A stretch of 64,000 nucleotides of DNA, from positions 344,844,001 through 344,908,000 of the forward strand of contig OZ024743.1 of assembly GCA_964016885.1 (NCBI GenBank), written 5' to 3'. This document shows positions 30,331 to 44,400 of the stretch, one piece after another. The notes beneath the pieces are model-generated. The model saw nothing but the letters and a program-made list of their open reading frames with translations. It did not search any database and was not told the origin of the DNA. The DNA comes from Eledone cirrhosa (Eukaryota). A program made the position numbers and the translations under genes. The stretch's first letter is position 1. The number at the start of each line of letters is the position of its first letter.

Positions 30331-30648
30331 TGCTACTATTACAGTGGAAGGAGTAAGCTGTAAGCATGTCTTCCCTTTTCCTCGTTCGAATGTCGGTGAA
30401 GCCTTTTTTTAAAAAAACGTTAGTTTTTCCAAAAAATGTTTATGAACTATTTCGCCTAAAGGCGTAGAATAATTTGAGAGACTGACCAGATCAAAATTTT
30501 ACCTGGCAGTCCCTCTACAAATTGCTATAAAAATGAAGGTTCACAGTCAAGAGTTTCTATAGAAATTTAAGCAGAACTTACCCAGCAAGTTTCACGCATG
30601 CGTCCATCCCAGAGATAGATAGATAGATAGATAAACAGATACACAGAG

Positions 30649-30684
<36 letters not shown>

Positions 30685-30694
30685 AGACACACAG

Positions 30695-30841
<147 letters not shown>

Positions 30842-30842
30842 A

Positions 30843-30873
<31 letters not shown>

Positions 30874-30900
30874 AATATATATATATTTATAAATATATAT

Positions 30901-30995
<95 letters not shown>

Positions 30996-31545
30996 CATGT
31001 GCGTGCGTGCATGTGTTTTTGCGCATAGTTGTATGATTAAGAGACAACACATGAGAGAAGGAGGCTCGTAGTTGAAGCTTGCGCTGTTCGTGATCACTGG
31101 CTATCTTGATTTGCTTGAAGTTAACTTAACGGTTCAAATATTTTGAGAGTGGTTCTCATGCTGCACAAACCTTTGTCACTGAAGGCATTTATGATTCCAT
31201 ACTTTTCCATAATATTCTTTCTTTTTTTTCTACACTCTCTCCAACTTAATGCAAACCAGGACATGGATGATTTAAAGCAACATACAACTGGATGAACTTC
31301 TTTTGATACTGCGGTCAGCGTATCTCAGGCATCTGCGATTATTATATACGACCACGTCTTTAGTTTCATCAGTTAGAATGTGTGATATAAGCTGGAGCCA
31401 TCGTGGTTATCATATGACTATATATATCAAAGTTAATTTCTTGTAGATAGTTAGTTTTCACGTACAGATTTAAATACGAAAAATTATTTTTCTCCATTTT
31501 ATTATTATTCGTATAAACATGTAATTTAACTGCACTATACACTTC

Positions 31546-31584
31546 CGTTGTTGAAAAAGCATATATAGCTGAAACTGGTACACG
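31546..31584 (+). ncRNA. Minimal hammerhead-like motif with U3/A8 core variant
   Basis: CGUUG-UUGAAAA-AGC AUAUAUA GCU-GAAA-CUGG-UA-CACG; AATAAA downstream, then (TA)n at ~31690. Confidence 0.5.
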
Positions 31585-32435
31585 ATTAAATGCGGAAATC
31601 CCTACTTTATGAATAAATGTTTTGATATTATACCGTAAAATCCCTCCAGTATTTTCTACTCTATTTTTTTTCCTTTTTACTATTTGTTTATATATATATA
31701 CGCAATGTCAGCGGAAGCTGACCAATTGCTGTTTGACGATTGGTGTGCGGGCTTAGATATGGACAGCCATCAAATTGTTGTGGGATGTTCATATTTTAAT
31801 TTTAGTTAATGGCTATGAATGTCTATTCATGTCATCGCCTGTCGATGATTTATGGAGATAAGTTAAGAGGTGACAAGTTTATATTGTTCTTCAGAAAGAT
31901 GATTAAGGTGTTTATGATCTATGTCCAAACTAATCATAGGTGGCAAGGAATTTCTATGGGAATTTACAATTTTTGACCGGCCTGTGATACGTGTATATAT
32001 GCGGTTTGTTAATGGTGTTTTGATCAAGATAGGTTAATTTCTTATGAAGACGCTGGAAGTTATAGTAGTGACCCTTGTAAGGGGAATAAGAGATAACAGG
32101 AAAAATTTATAATATATTATATGTTACTGTGATGTAGAAATTCTACAGTAGAATTATGTGTATTACATAGATATACATGTTGTATATGGAGAGGTCATGT
32201 GTTCGAATTGTGTAGATACATTTTTGTAATAAAATTTGCTATGTATGTTATTAATATCTCATTGTGTTATTAGCGAACGCATGAGTATTCTGGATAAAAG
32301 GATATTCATATATATATATTTTAAGCGTTTAAGATGCATGTTTTGTTAAGTAACAGAACGGGTTTATTCATAGAGTATGGCTTTAGGCGTCAGTGGTTTG
32401 GTTACTTAAAAATTTAGTGTAGCTAGAGAGAGAGG

Positions 32436-32517
<82 letters not shown>

Positions 32518-32701
32518 CGGATTATTTAGAAAAATGATCATTATCATGATAGATAGACAGATTTTATAAAATATCTATATTACCTTGTGTAGGCTGTTAA
32601 AAATCTAGTCATAAATAAGTTATTCTTGGTCACAATTCCCAATAGCAGAGATTACATAGACGTCGTTCACCCTGATCGGGTATAGCAGATAGTATGGTGA
32701 C

Positions 32702-32735
<34 letters not shown>

Positions 32736-33830
32736 ACTAAATATTATATACTATGTATGTACTATGTGTTTCTTTAATGATATATGGCTATATACATACA
32801 TTTTCCCCAAGATGCCACGCAGGGATATAGAACCCCAAACCATGCGACTGATAAGCGAACTCCTTAACCACATATCTATCTATCTATCTATCTATCTATA
32901 TATATATATATATATATATATGCAAAGTTTTATTTAAATTGTTGGGTTAACAACGAGTAAATATTTATAACTGATATAAAAGCACTCAACAAGTATTTGG
33001 AGTATATTTACGATATTAAATAAATGGAAACTATATTTATAAAACCATATTTATTTCATTATATATATTTCAGGGATATCATATTAAAAATATGTTATGC
33101 CTTCCTCGGACAAAATACAATATGAACAGTCTTATAAATAGATAGATTCGACATACCTTTCAACATCGACTTCAATTTGAAAAGTTGAATTGGTAGTGGA
33201 AAAAATATATTAGGGACAGTTATAAAAAGAAAGAAAGAAAAAAGAAAAAACGGAGAAAAAGAAGAAATGCATGCAACTAAATAGAGAGAGAGATAGATAT
33301 AGAGAGATAGATAGAGAGAAGAAATTCATGTAAAAAAACAGAGAGAGATATATAGAGAGAGGAAAAAACATAGAGGGAGATAGATAGAGAGAGAGAGAGA
33401 GAAGAGAGGAGAGAGAGAGAGAGAGAAAATATAGAGAGATAGATATAGATAGAGATAGAGAGAAAGAAAATAGGTAGTTGTGCACCTGTTGAATGACGTA
33501 TCAATGATATATTTATTTATTTATTTATTTATTTAGCTCTAGTATCAATGTAGAGAGAGATATATGTGGTTAAGAGAGAAAACAGCCGTTACATAGAGAG
33601 AAAAGAAAAAGAAAAATATCCAGACAAAAACGAGGCAGATTTAAAACACTATGTATCATCAATGTAAAAAATATCAATTCGTATAAAACAGGCATTATAA
33701 TGTAAATATCAGTATTCATGAATGAGACACGTATCAATAAAGTGTGAAAAATAATGATCATATGTCTAGTTTAAAATTCATAGGTTTATATTAGAAGGTT
33801 ATCCCAGATTTTATACTATATACATCATGT

Positions 33831-33930
33831 GAAGCTCGGCCACTCATACACCAGGATAAAAATCCTCATCTAGTCCAGAATCAGCCGTCGAAACGGCCCG
33901 AGCCCAGCCGTCGGGGTCCTACTCGTCCCT
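33831..33930 (+). repeat. pLTR arm A (T>C-hypermutated copy)
   Basis: Gapless 100-bp match to 36592-36691 with 11 T>C and 1 A>T. Confidence 0.9.
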
Positions 33931-33959
33931 ATATATATATATGTATATATGTATGTATA

Positions 33960-33995
<36 letters not shown>

Positions 33996-34132
33996 TATGT
34001 ATATATATATATATGTATATATGTATGTATATGTATATATATATATATGTATATGTATATATGTATGTATATGTATATATATATATATGTATATGTATAT
34101 ATGTATGTATATGTATATATATATATATATAT

Positions 34133-36688
34133 GTAATAGGAACGAGTAGGACCCCGACGGCCGAGCCCAAGCCGCTTCGACGGCCAACTCTGGACCAAAT
34201 GAAAACTCCCATCCTGGTACATGAACAGCCGAGCCTCTCAGGGGGTAATTCCATACATGGCAAAAGTGATTGTCACAAGGATCGGTCAAAAGTTTGTTGC
34301 TGAGACACACAACTCCATCATGGCAACTTGTGGAAGGAAGGGGCAGCTGAACCCGCCAGTAGAAGAAAGAGGGAGAGAGGGTGGAGGAAACCCATCCGCG
34401 CGCCGATAGCGCCAACTACAGCAGGACAGGAGGTCAAGGAAGTATACTAGGGAGGGGGAGGGCGAGGAAGTTGAAACAATAAGTAAAACAATATGGGGCA
34501 AATATATAGAAAAATACCGAGAATGTTAAAAAAAACAATTAAATATAAAAAAAAAACAATTTCTGGTTACTATCACCTAAGGACAGCTATCAAGTCTCTC
34601 ACTGGAACTGCTAGACTAAAGAAAGGTTTACTAGGTGGGACGGAATTATAATGAGACCTTTTTAAGAGGTAGTAGTAATCAACCGAGTATATCTTACGGT
34701 GACAGGTCAACAAGTCGGGAGCCAAAATACTAAAGAAACTACCACGTAAAAATAATTCAGAGTCCCGAGACTAATACGAAATAATCGTTTCTGCCCTAGG
34801 CACAAGGCCAGCAACTACACAGTGCAAAAAATAAACTAATACGAAATAATAATTCAGAATCCCGAAAAAGAATACTAATACTATCTCTAAGGATGCCGCT
34901 ACGATACAAACATTTTAGTGCAAACTACATAAATGCTCGTACGAAGTATATGAAAAATTTGATACGGAAAATTAATTCAGACCCCCCCCCCCCCCCACAC
35001 CAAAATAAAAAAATACTGATATACGAGAAATTGAAGCAAAGATACCACTAGAGAAATGTAGAAAGCACGGAAAAGGGGCAGCCATCGGATAAGAAGGCAA
35101 GTATCCGGGTCTATCACATCTGCTATAAAAAGTAGAGTCGGCCAATTCTATCTTAGAATAGGGGAAGGAGGTGCGGTACTGAGGCTACAAAGGACCGAGG
35201 GGCTGCCTCGGGTGGGCGAGAAAGTGAAAAGGACGACGACAAAGAAAGAGGACTGGGGTGGAAGGACTAGGGAGGGATGGGGGGAAGAAGGAAATATAGA
35301 GGAAGCGATAAAAAGATATAAAATAAATCTTACGTCTACCTTTGCAAGCTGGGGTTACCCATTACAAAGTCGGCAAGTGGGGTGTTACAACCCTTGTCTA
35401 CCCCCCCCCCCCCCCGGGTCATTATGGGGTTTGAGGGCGAGGTAAGTCCTACGCAATCTATGTTTGCATGCAGTTACCAGTTCATCTTTTTTGTTTAGGA
35501 GTTGGTCCGTCGAAAACAGCATTTGTAAAGTTTCCTCCGAGCATAAATTGCACCGACGGCGTCCTCCCGTGTAAGAGTTGGCTCTGGACAGTAAGCTCCA
35601 AGTGAGATCATAGGTAATATTGTTATCATTGAGGTCCCAGATGTGGCCCGAAAGTGTAGTGGCGTGACGCCGGGCCGGGTTTCGGAAGGTATGTCAGTGT
35701 TGGTATAGCCAGGTCTTGAAGTCACATGCGGTTAATCCTATATAAGCTTTGTTGGAGGTGTCCGTCCTCACGTTGCACTGGTAGATCACATTACGATCTC
35801 TACATCTGTTGTCGAGGGGGAAAATGGATCCATCAGGACAGTTGCACCTCCTGGTCGGCTCTCCACTGCTATTTAGGTTATTTCTTCCATAGGGGTTGAG
35901 TTTTTTGTTGTTAGAGGAGACGATGTTTTGTGCAAAGTTTGGTGTGGTGCTGTAGGAGAGTTTGATGGTATTTTTGTTAATTATGTTGTGGTAGCAGTGT
36001 TGTGGTGGGAAGTGTTTTTCAATGAGCCTAAAGAAGATTTTCCCGATAGGAGTTGTCACCTCGGCGTTGTGGGGAGGATTGAACCATGTTACATTGCGTG
36101 AGCGGCGGTGTCGCCTGCTGGTTCCGCTAATGGAAGCTGGACAGTAGGATATTTCATCCCGGAAACCACTCCGCTTGAGGGCCTGGTTGTAATAAGGCGC
36201 ATGTTCCTCGAATATCTGCTCATTGGCGGACAAACGAGATATGCGGAGGTAGATGTTTTTAACCAGGTTATTGGTGATGTTCCTAGGATGGTTTGACCGG
36301 CGGTGGATGTAGTGCAGGTTGTCGTTAGGTTTCCTGTATGGGTAGTACAGATCATTATCGAGGTCAAGGGTAACGTCCAGGAAGTTTACTCGGGTCAGGG
36401 ACGTTTGTAGGGTTATTTTAAATCCCCAGTCGCGGAAGAAGCTGATTAATTGTTTACGGACCCGATCTGTACTACTGGGGTCGTACCCTTTAAGGGTAAG
36501 GAGCCCATCATCACGGTACAATCCACCGCCGAATGCGGGAAACATATCGGTGAGTTTAGTTAGTAGGTACCATATATGGAATGACCCATGAGAAGCTCGG
36601 CTATTCATATACCAGGATAAAAAATTTCATTTAGTCCAGAATTAGCCGTCGAAACGGCTTGAGCTCAGCCGTCGGGGTCCTACTCGTT

Positions 36689-36691
<3 letters not shown>
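34133..36691 (-). mobile_element. Penelope-like element, 5'-truncated, with 3' pLTR (~34133-34260) and inverted 5' pLTR arm (~36570-36691)
   Basis: YRDDGL, VNFLDVTLDL, PYRKPND, TWFNPP, KLSYS, CNC..NVIYQC..YIGLT (GIY-YIG); after a frameshift CNLC..LNKKDELVTACKH ending ~35450; (TA)n flanks. Confidence 0.92.
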
Positions 36692-36782
<91 letters not shown>

Positions 36783-36843
36783 TGTGTGTGTGTGTGTGAT
36801 GTGTGTCGAAGGAATAAATGCATATACACATATGTGCATATGA

Positions 36844-36874
<31 letters not shown>

Positions 36875-36877
<3 letters not shown>

Positions 36878-37075
36878 CGAAGGAAATGTGGTAAGGAACC
36901 AGGTGGACCATAACGCACCAAAGTACTCAATACTTAGGGTAGTAGAGTGGGTAATAGGAACAAGTAAGACCCCGACGGCTGAGCTCAAGCCGTTTCGACG
37001 GCTAATTCTGGACATTAGCCGTCCAGAATTAGCCGTCGAAACGGCTTGAGCTCAGCCGTCGGGGTCTTACTTGTT

Positions 37076-37080
<5 letters not shown>
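36875..37080 (-). mobile_element. Short inverted-pair pLTR insertion (same family as 36570-36691)
   Basis: Long minus arm with tail ~36875-37012; short plus arm ~37021-37080 ending TTCCTAT + (TA)n. Confidence 0.85.
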
Positions 37081-37113
<33 letters not shown>

Positions 37114-37218
37114 TAAACATATTAACATATATACATATGAATATTTATATATATATTCACACACACACAATATATTTATATATATATGTATATATAATTT
37201 TCCTCATGTATTCCTCAC

Positions 37219-37263
<45 letters not shown>

Positions 37264-37264
37264 C

Positions 37265-37325
<61 letters not shown>

Positions 37326-37338
37326 GTAAATATATATG

Positions 37339-37371
<33 letters not shown>

Positions 37372-37400
37372 GTATATGTATATGTATATATATATATATG

Positions 37401-37461
<61 letters not shown>

Positions 37462-37466
<5 letters not shown>

Positions 37467-37653
37467 AACAAATAAGACCCCGACGGCTGAGCTCAAGCCG
37501 TTTCGACGGCTAATTCTGTACAGAATTAGCCGTCGAAACGGCTTGAGCTCAGCCGTCGGGGTCTTATTTGTTCCTATTACCCACTCTACTACCCTAAGTA
37601 TTGAGTACTTTGGTGCGTTATGGTCCACTTGGTTCCTTACCACATTTCCTTCG

Positions 37654-37656
<3 letters not shown>
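37462..37656 (+). mobile_element. Short inverted-pair pLTR insertion, mirror orientation of 36875-37080
   Basis: Short minus arm ~37462-37518, centre CTGTACAG, long plus arm with tail to 37656. Confidence 0.85.
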
Positions 37657-37707
<51 letters not shown>

Positions 37708-37724
37708 GTATATATATGTATATC

Positions 37725-37838
<114 letters not shown>

Positions 37839-38499
37839 TATATGTTTGTGTATATATTGGTTGTGTATGTGTGTATGTTTTCATACACATTGACTGTCGA
37901 ATTTTACGTTTTTCAGCCAATATTTTTGCCGTTTTTCTTACTATGCAATGTCTTATATTCTTTTCCTTCTTGTCCTGTATCAAACACAAACTTCACCATT
38001 CAGCTCGTCAGGTTAAAGGTTAACAACTGAATATGGCAGCTAATTACCTGTACACAGTATCATAATAGGTTTTGTACATGAAGAGCAACTCGCCAATTCC
38101 CTGCCTGACTTCACATCCAAAAATATTAATACGTCAGGTCATCATTAACCAGAGGTCATTCATATCACACAGCATAACTTCCTTCCTATTTTACCTTTTT
38201 TTTCTGTCTGTCTGTCCCTCTTTCTGTTTTACATTCTTTCTGTCTAACTATCTTTCTCTCTGTTTATCTTTCTTTCTTCCTTTCATTCATGATTTTTTTT
38301 CTTTCTCCATTTTTTTGTTTCATTTATATATATTTATTTTTATATTCATTTATTTGTTTATGTATTTATCTATCTATCTATTTTCTCTTTCAATCAAATA
38401 CAACCAAATGTCTGTAATTGTCCAATCAGGGATTTATAATGAAATGAACCTAAAATGATAACGTCCATTTTCCTTTACTCATGCCAACACACGCTCAAG

Positions 38500-38720
38500 T
38501 TCTAGCTCGTCGTCGTTGTCTAATACCGTTCACTTTCCTGGCCAACGTTATCTCTACACATTCCTCTCCCACAAACACTAATCCCTTGTCGCATCATTCT
38601 ACGTCCACTTTCGTCGTCCACTTCCGACCACTTCCGTCCATTTCCGTCGCCTAAAGGACTTGCCGCCGCGTATCGGCCGTAGAAAAAGGTTTCTTCATAA
38701 AAAGCTTCTAATATTATGAT
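38500..38720. promoter_or_regulatory. CpG-rich patch with ETS-like motifs, possible promoter
   Basis: Local CpG excess; CACTTCCG twice plus CATTTCCG in tandem (~38619-38646); no transcript evidence. Confidence 0.3.
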
Positions 38721-39176
38721 GGGAAAAATTCGTCGTTTCTCTTTTTTTCTTTTTCTTATTATTATTTAGACTTTTATTTGTTTTCTTCCTGACATTCCGA
38801 GTGCAGTCCATTGAAAATACTTGTAATCAATGGAATAATGGAATAATGTAGAAAAGAGAATCTATTCTTCGGTAGACTGTTCTTATGAAACTATTCTTGA
38901 GAAACTATTCTTAGGAAAGCATTCATATAAAAGACATGATATATAAGAGAAACCTATATGAATGCTGACATGGCTTTTATATTTTCGATTAACTTTATTA
39001 TTATTTTTTCCTTTCAATTTCCACCTCAATTGTAAAGTCTATAAAATAGGGTTAACTTCATTTGTTCCTTAAATATTATTATTGTTATTGTAGTTGTTGT
39101 TGTTGCTATTATTATCAACATCATTATAAACATCATCATCACTAATATTATTACTCTTACCATTGTTATTGTTGTT

Positions 39177-39800
39177 GTGAATTGGCAGTATCGGTAGAGG
39201 GTTGGACGGCATGCTTTCTAGTATAGTTACGTCCCTTTACGGTCTGAGTTCAAATCCCGTCGAGGTTAACTTTGCCTTTCATCCTTACGGGGTCGATAAA
39301 ATAAAGTACCAGTAATGCACTGGCTATTTGCTGGCCTTGTGTCAAATGTAGAAACAATTATTATTATTGTTATTATTATTATTATTATTATTATAAGGGC
39401 GGTGGATTGGCAGTATCGATAGGGGGTCGGACGCCATGCTTTACAGCATAGAGTTACGTCCCTTTACTGCGTGAGTTCAAATCCCGCCGAGGTTAACTTT
39501 GCCTTTCATCCTTACGGGGTCGATAAAAGAAAGTACCAGTAACGTACTGAGATAATTGTTGGCCTTGTGCGAAAAGTAGAAACAATAATTATAATTGACA
39601 GCATTGGTAGAGCGTCGGACACCCTGCTTATGACAGAGAGTTTTACCCATTTACTTTCTGAGTTCAAATCCTGGCGCCGTTAGCTTTGCCATTCATCCTT
39701 ACAGGGTGATAAAATAAAGCGCCAGTAACACACTGGGGTCGATTTAATCGACTTACCTCTCTCCCTAAATTGCTGGCTTTGTACGTATAGTAGAAATTAT
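39177..39800 (+). mobile_element. Three tandem tRNA-derived Nin-domain SINEs (~39177-39360, ~39397-39590, ~39597-39800)
   Basis: TGGCAGTATCGGTAG A box, GTTCAAATCC B box, GAGGTTAACTTTGCCTTTCATCCTTACGGGGTCGATAAA; (ATT)n tails. Confidence 0.85.
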
Positions 39801-40029
39801 TATTACTATTATTATCGTGTTCGTTAGTTTGTGGATACGTATTGCTGATCGCTCTTGTAAGTTAGTTGTTATTCTCTAGTCATACAAACTATTTTGTTGA
39901 ACATTTGATATGGTTTTATAGTTAAACCAACCAGATTCTTCATGAGCTGGTTAGTATTTTTCAACCTGTAGCACGTATTAGCTAAACCTACGTTTGTTTT
40001 CTGAATACGCCCTTTAATTCTTATTTAAA

Positions 40030-41327
40030 AGTAAGATGGCTGATGACAAAAATTCCTCCACTCTATTCAAAAATTTTTTTTTTTCGCAAGATAGAACAGC
40101 TGTCATCACCACCACTACAGACAGCGCCAATAGCAGCAACAACAACAAAAATACCTCAGTAACAGTAACAGCAACAGCAGTCATAGCTGTAACAGTACCA
40201 ACATAAAAAAAACAGCGGGCTGTCCACAAGATTGGACAGCTAAAGTTAAAAAAACGACAGTATTAGCAATAGCAAGGTCTCTGCACTTTAACAACGCATT
40301 TACAAGAACCACTAAATAAAACAACACAATCACAGCCACCGAGGCTACGAATATCAACATCATACCCCTCTCCACAAGAGACATGTTTCGTTCAAGCGAC
40401 CAAACTAATAAAAAATGATGGGCTGAGGTAACCATCCGCCCCGAGGTGCCGACAGAAAGGCAAAACAATGTGATCTACAAATACACGTCCACAAACATGA
40501 AACGGCCGGAGCCAGCAAATCAGAGAGTCGTAGAAAGAGCACTGAAAGAGAAAATTCCCGACATAATTCACCTTCCAAGAGGGATGAACCTTCAGAGTAC
40601 GGTGGAGAAACTGGTCTCTTAAGAGCTTTCTGACCTCAACAGAAGACAGGGAAACACACAGACGCTTTGTTGCCAACACCAGCCCCAAAACGCCACAACT
40701 ACCTCGACAACACCATCAGCAAACAACAACAACAGCTGTACCAACCTCGGTTGCAGGACAAATCCGCAGCCAAACCAACAACCGCAGCAGAACACCTACC
40801 AACATTAGAAACAACAGCAACCCCAGCAACAGCGGCAGCAGTATCACCACCACAACCACTAACAAACAACATGAAAAACACACAGAAGGATGTCTCCCAA
40901 TGAAGCTCACACTCAGCCTCTTCTTCTCTCTCTAACCATAAATAAGCATAGACACTCACACGAATACAAACACACTCTCACTCACACCAGAGAAAGATTC
41001 CGCAGATACAAGTACCACCTCATCAGGAAACACAGAAAACATACCCACAACAAACACAGACGCATTTACAACAACACCAAATCCACCAACATCATCACAT
41101 CCGTCGATGCAACTAGCGGTACAACCTTGAACACCACCAACACTACCAGATATACAATTACCCTCTAAAACCAAACATACACACAACAACTAACCACACC
41201 GACACCAAATGTCGTTCAAGAGAGAAGAACTAACGTAAAAGGACCTACAAGAAGTAAAGATATTGAGAAAGAGAGAGAGAGCGTGAGAGAGACAGAGAGA
41301 TAGATATATAGATAGATAGATATATAG

Positions 41328-41424
<97 letters not shown>

Positions 41425-44400
41425 GAGATGGGGAGGTTTTCGGCATCACCAATTTTGAATTGCCACAAATATATATGATGGTGCATATGTCATTAGAAAA
41501 TTACAAAAACATTTGGGTGTGCTTCCTTAATGCTACGAGTAGGCTTTCAAAGGTTTCCCGAAAGAACACAAACCAGATATGGGAACCAAACCACCAAATG
41601 TTCAACTGATGGTAAATCGCCACGTAACTCTTTCAATATAACATGGATATTTTAAGAGTAGGATGCATAAATATACATATCCTGAGGTTGTCCTGAAAGC
41701 AAGGTCTCTTGCTCAACTTGGTAAGTTCACAAGCTATGGATGTAACAGCAATCAGCGAGACAAGTATCTGTGACACACGCACTTTGTCTCCCATTTTTTA
41801 TGAATTAGTGATCTACGCATCTCCTAGTCGGCCTGGAAAGGGAAGCGAGGTGCCAGTGCTGTTTAGGAAAGACCTGGATCTCAAGATACGGACAATCCTC
41901 TTTGACCAAGCCGATAAGTTGGTGGTTCTGTATGTGAGCAGTAGCGAAGTTGGTGCTTTTGGACTGGTGGTCGTCTATGCCCCGACTAGGGCAAGACGGC
42001 CGGATTTCTTCAGGCGTCGGAAAGCCTTTCTAGGAATGTCTCGCCTTTAACTGTTAGCGGGGCCTTGAAAGGGCACGATTGTGTGGGAGTAGCTGATAGA
42101 AGCGGGAGATGTTGGGCTACTAAAACCTCAAGAACTTTATCCCGCAGTTTCAACTGTTTGACAGGTACCGACAAGATTTCCCGAATGTACCAGTGCGTAT
42201 CTGGGCCAATCACATAAATTCATCTAGATCCTATTTCGATAGGATTTTCATTAGAATCGCTGATAGGGTGTCCACAATTTCAAACAGTTGCCTATTGAGA
42301 TCACAAATTCATGATGTCCATGGTCAACCGAGGTACAACGCGTAAACAGGGACCCGGTTACTAGAAGATTAATGCATTGTTCACGGCGCGTAAAGCCTAC
42401 TGCAACCAGATTAGCACATGAATTAAGTAATAGTTGATAGGGCCAGTCATCCACAACAGGTGATGAGGCGCTCTCAAGAGGACGATTAGAGAAAAATTAA
42501 TATCATTTAATAAAGAAGTAACGATAAGAAAATATTGAATGGAGTAGGGATTAGTAGGTAAATTAGAAGAAGTAATGAGGAGTGGCATTGCACCCGACGT
42601 GCTAGCTGCGATAAATGCACTTCACCATGTCTTCAATGCGAAAAATCAAGGTCATTTTCAGAGTTAAGGAGTGTGCTCTAAGAAACAAGGAACGATCACT
42701 GGAGGTGCAAAGTAGCAACAAAAAATACGATTCAATCTTTGACGGAACGTGTTGGGCATGTGCAGGTCAATTCCAAGCAGGTATGAGTGGCTTTTTGCCA
42801 GCACTTTGCACAACTGTTTGGGCGCGTGGGAGTCGGACACGGCAATTGATTACAGTTCCTACCTCGACGGCTTGCTGTAACTCTCGCCAGCTGATGCGGA
42901 GTGCTGTGAAAAGCCGATAACAACAGGCGAGATACAAGAAACCCCGGCCGGCTATACAAGGCGTAGGTTAACCAATTTAGATGATCTCCCCTACGAGTTT
43001 TACGTAGACATGCCAGACATGTTCTCCGATGTCCTCGAATCTGTTTACTCAGACAGGCAGCACAAAGGGATTATTCACAGTTCTGTGAGTCGGGGCGTAG
43101 TAACGTTGACGAAGAAAGAACAGAGCAAGGGGGAGTCTAGATAATTTCCGGCCCATATGGCTACTCAAAACGCAGTTTAATATTTCGACAAGGGTGCTAG
43201 CAAGAGGTTTGCACTTGTTAAAAGTCTGGTAGGGAAACACAAACATTCGCAAATCCGACCGGGTTTATACACGACAGCCTCCACCTCATGCGATGCATCA
43301 TAGAGAGAGAGAGAGTAGGAGTGAACCTCGCTTCGATGGAGCTCTGATGAATTTACATCAATCGAATGATTTCTATAAGGTCGAAAATTGATACCTGGAC
43401 GCTGTCATCAATAAAGCTGGTTTCAGTCCCATCTTCAGAGGCTGGATCGCTGCAATGCACAGCGACATATGTTCAGTTTTTGGATTAAACGACCACCTAT
43501 CGGAACCGTATCAAATCAGGCGTTGTATCCGCCAAGGATAACCTTTATCCTCCCTTCTATATGTATTGATTCTCGAGCCATAAATGAGGAGCCTGAAACT
43601 TTGTTGAGCATCCCATTCCAACAGGAACATTGATATGAGCAAAGATCAATCCGGAAATATTGGTGGGTTTGCAGCTTAGCACCAAGAGAAGAAAATCCAT
43701 GCTGTTGAACAGTGTCGTCAGATGCTGGTCGGACTAATTAGTCACGTTGCTCGGAGAGTGGTTCGTCCGGACCTCCAGTTGGATAGGAAGTGGGATGAGG
43801 TAACAGACAGGGTTGAAAAGTCGAGTGGAGGTGGGGAATACGCACATCACGTCCGTCATTTAATACAACTTAACCCACGTGCCTTGCACCCGTTCACGCT
43901 TTGCTAAATTGGAATACCTCCTCTTAAACCTCTTGTAGAAAGGACAGGTTCCATTAGAGAGGTGATCCATCTGCTGCAAGCACCCTATACACGCAGGACT
44001 GGGCAGACTGTAGCTAATGGTGCATAAACATGCGCTGAGGCTACAGCATCTTCAGATATTCCTAAACAGTGAACAGGTGTGGTCACCCTTTGTTAGATAT
44101 TTCTTTCTGCAGCTCGTTTCTTTGACTAAGCAGCAGTCGTGCGTCAGGTGAAGACCGAGATCGGGCGCCCAGTATCAGGAATGATGTCAGGCGCTCAGAG
44201 TCTTCTGCCAATCGGGGAATGCAGTCATTGGAAATTCCAGTCTGGCGTTCTATAGTGTACTAGTGGTGGGCTAATGCGACTCCGATCTCAGGGAGGCTAT
44301 GATCGTCGAAGAAATCGAACTGACCAGTCGGTTCCGGAGAAATTTCATGCCAGGTTCTATGGACAGAGTTCAGAATTCCATGACTTTGCAGTACTACCGG

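Noticed and set aside
33931-34132. G-only interruptions of the TA spacer as editing products
   Set aside because: They are A>G on the plus strand, opposite to the arm changes, and TATG interruptions are common here and readily amplified by slippage
39177-39800. tRNA genes
   Set aside because: A/B boxes belong to SINE heads; no cloverleaf
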